Source: Bdellovibrionota bacterium (GTDB lineage: Bacteria; Bdellovibrionota; UBA1018; UBA923). Taken from it: a DNA stretch of 36,708 nt. The translations under genes were made by a program, and so were the position numbers. Below are positions 35,229-36,708 of the stretch, in pieces. The stretch's first letter is position 1; each line of letters begins with the position of its first letter. The DNA lies in contig JBFMCE010000035.1 in NCBI GenBank assembly GCA_040754655.1, positions 1 through 36,708 on the forward strand. The letters are read 5' to 3'. The notes beneath the pieces were generated by a model. The model was not told the origin of the DNA and did no database searches. It worked only from the letters and a program-made list of their open reading frames with translations.

Positions 35229-36293
35229 ATGACAGAGCGACGCATAGCAGGACTCGACCTCGCACGCACGATTGCATTCTTCGGGATGCTGCTGGTTAAC
35301 TTTCGTATCGCGATGGGAGCGTCTGAGGCAGGCCCAGGCGCGCTGGGTTGGGTTTTGCGAGCGCTGGAAGGGCATGCCGCCGCTATGTTTGTGGTGCTTG
35401 CGGGCGTTTCACTGACTCTCTTTTCGAAAGGTGCGCACCACAAGAAAGAGATTCGCAAGACACTCTTGAAGCGATCGGTGTTTCTCTTTCTTCTTGGACT
35501 TTTGAATACCACTATTTTTGATGCAGACATCCTTCATTACTACGGCATCTACATCGCTCTAGGTGTCATTTTTCTTTGGGCACCTGGGCGAATACTGGTG
35601 TTCGCAGCTTCTAGCTTTGCGTTGGCGTTTCCTGTTCTTCTCATGGCGTTCGACTACGAAAAGGGGTGGAACTGGGCGACGCTCACGTACCATGGATTCT
35701 GGACCAGTGACGGGTTTTTTAGGAACCTGTTTTTCAATGGATTTCATCCCGTCATTCCTTGGGTGTCTTTTCTATTGGCTGGGATGTGGCTTGGACGATT
35801 CGCTTTAAGCGATTCACGGGTGCGAAATAAAATGATTGCCCTTGGAGGCGGCCTTTTTTTATCTAGCGAGGCCGTGTCTCATTTATTGATAACCCTACTA
35901 AGCATGAAAACTCCGGCGCCGGATCTTGCTATTGTTGAGGCACTCGTGGGAACTGGTCCTATGCCACCAATGCCGGTTTACCTTATCTCTGCGTTTGGAT
36001 TTTCTGTGGGCGTTATCGGTTTCTCGATACTGGTTGCGAAAAGGTTTTCGGGCACGCTCTGGCTCAAACCGTTCATTTTGTCAGGGCAACAAACGTTGAC
36101 TCTGTACATTGCTCATATCGTGCTTGGAATGGGCTTGTTGGAAGCTTTGGGAAAGCTTGAAAATCAGACGTCCTCTTTCGCCATTGTTTCTTCGTGCGTT
36201 TTCTTCTCTATTTGCCTTTTATTTGTCGTCGTTTGGAGAAAATGGTTTCGAATGGGACCTTTTGAGTTGCTCATGCGAAAGTTGACCGGTTAG
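35229..36293 (+). CDS. DUF418 (YeiB-like) multi-pass membrane protein
   Basis: RIAGLDLAR, FGMLLVN, DILHYYG, GQQTLTLYIAH and GPFELLMR. Confidence 0.9.
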   Translation: MTERRIAGLDLARTIAFFGMLLVNFRIAMGASEAGPGALGWVLRALEGHAAAMFVVLAGVSLTLFSKGAHHKKEIRKTLLKRSVFLFLLGLLNTTIFDADILHYYGIYIALGVIFLWAPGRILVFAASSFALAFPVLLMAFDYEKGWNWATLTYHGFWTSDGFFRNLFFNGFHPVIPWVSFLLAGMWLGRFALSDSRVRNKMIALGGGLFLSSEAVSHLLITLLSMKTPAPDLAIVEALVGTGPMPPMPVYLISAFGFSVGVIGFSILVAKRFSGTLWLKPFILSGQQTLTLYIAHIVLGMGLLEALGKLENQTSSFAIVSSCVFFSICLLFVVVWRKWFRMGPFELLMRKLTG

Positions 36294-36376
36294 GCAGCGG
36301 AGTCGGCACAAGCAGAAACGCAAGACCGCCATACGAATGGATTCGCGCGAGTGACAGTACCTCGAAGTTCAAAAAT

Positions 36377-36691
36377 TCATTGAGACTCAGACTCTGTCGT
36401 GGCGGGTAAAAGCCCGCGAGATTCTTCGGGCGAGAGGTTTTTGAAGTCGTATCGTTTTTGAAGCTCTTTTTGAGTTCTTGCTCTTTGCCAGAAGAAAAAG
36501 GTTTTACCGATCGAGTCTAGCAGGGGTGGCTTTTCGACAACCTCAGGAAACGATTCATGCAGTCGAGCCGTGAGTTCGAAAGCTTCAGCAGGAGACTTGA
36601 GTGAAGTCGCAAGGCGATAGACCAGTTCGTCTGAGGGAGGAGTCGCCAGACGTTGAATTGCGTTTAGAAGTATCGTCGATTGAACGCTCAT
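36377..36691 (-). CDS. Hypothetical protein
   Basis: 104-aa ATG-started ORF filling the space; no motif recognised. Confidence 0.55.
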   Translation of the reverse strand: MSVQSTILLNAIQRLATPPSDELVYRLATSLKSPAEAFELTARLHESFPEVVEKPPLLDSIGKTFFFWQRARTQKELQKRYDFKNLSPEESRGLLPATTESESQ

Positions 36692-36708
36692 GGTGCCGCG
36701 GTGGGTCA

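Noticed and set aside
1..36708. CRISPR arrays, tRNA/rRNA, IS elements, prophage and reverse transcriptase systems
   Set aside because: No spaced repeats, cloverleaf motifs or relevant protein motifs seen by eye. Rfam and tRNAscan were not run.

Overview
A gene-dense 36.7 kb bacterial chromosomal segment. The organism is most likely a member of Bdellovibrionota or a related former deltaproteobacterium, inferred from GYF_2 proteins, VWA lipoproteins, several HD-GYP proteins and sigma54 promoters. Housekeeping genes include pyrE, nadB, alr-mlaEFD, a DUF721/DciA gene, leuS-lptE-holA and rpsT. Other genes encode a toxin-first RelE-family TA module, c-di-GMP signalling proteins (three HD-GYP, one GYF_2-PilZ), secreted zinc peptidases, two VWA lipoproteins, a nitrosocyanin-like cupredoxin, a CsgA-like SDR, a beta-helix protein and DUF418. 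I saw no tRNA, rRNA, CRISPR array or transposase. I cannot prove a new system. The best leads are: (1) a full-length ABC nucleotide-binding domain with all catalytic motifs lost, behind its own sigma54 promoter; (2) an Mla operon with a long MlaD ending in a beta-strand domain, flanked by an output-less Cache/GAF-like sensor and a GYF-like membrane protein, where mlaF appears to start at CTG; (3) a nitrosocyanin-like protein with His in place of the Glu ligand; (4) an unannotated 36-aa membrane microprotein. All calls come from reading motifs by eye; no searches were run.
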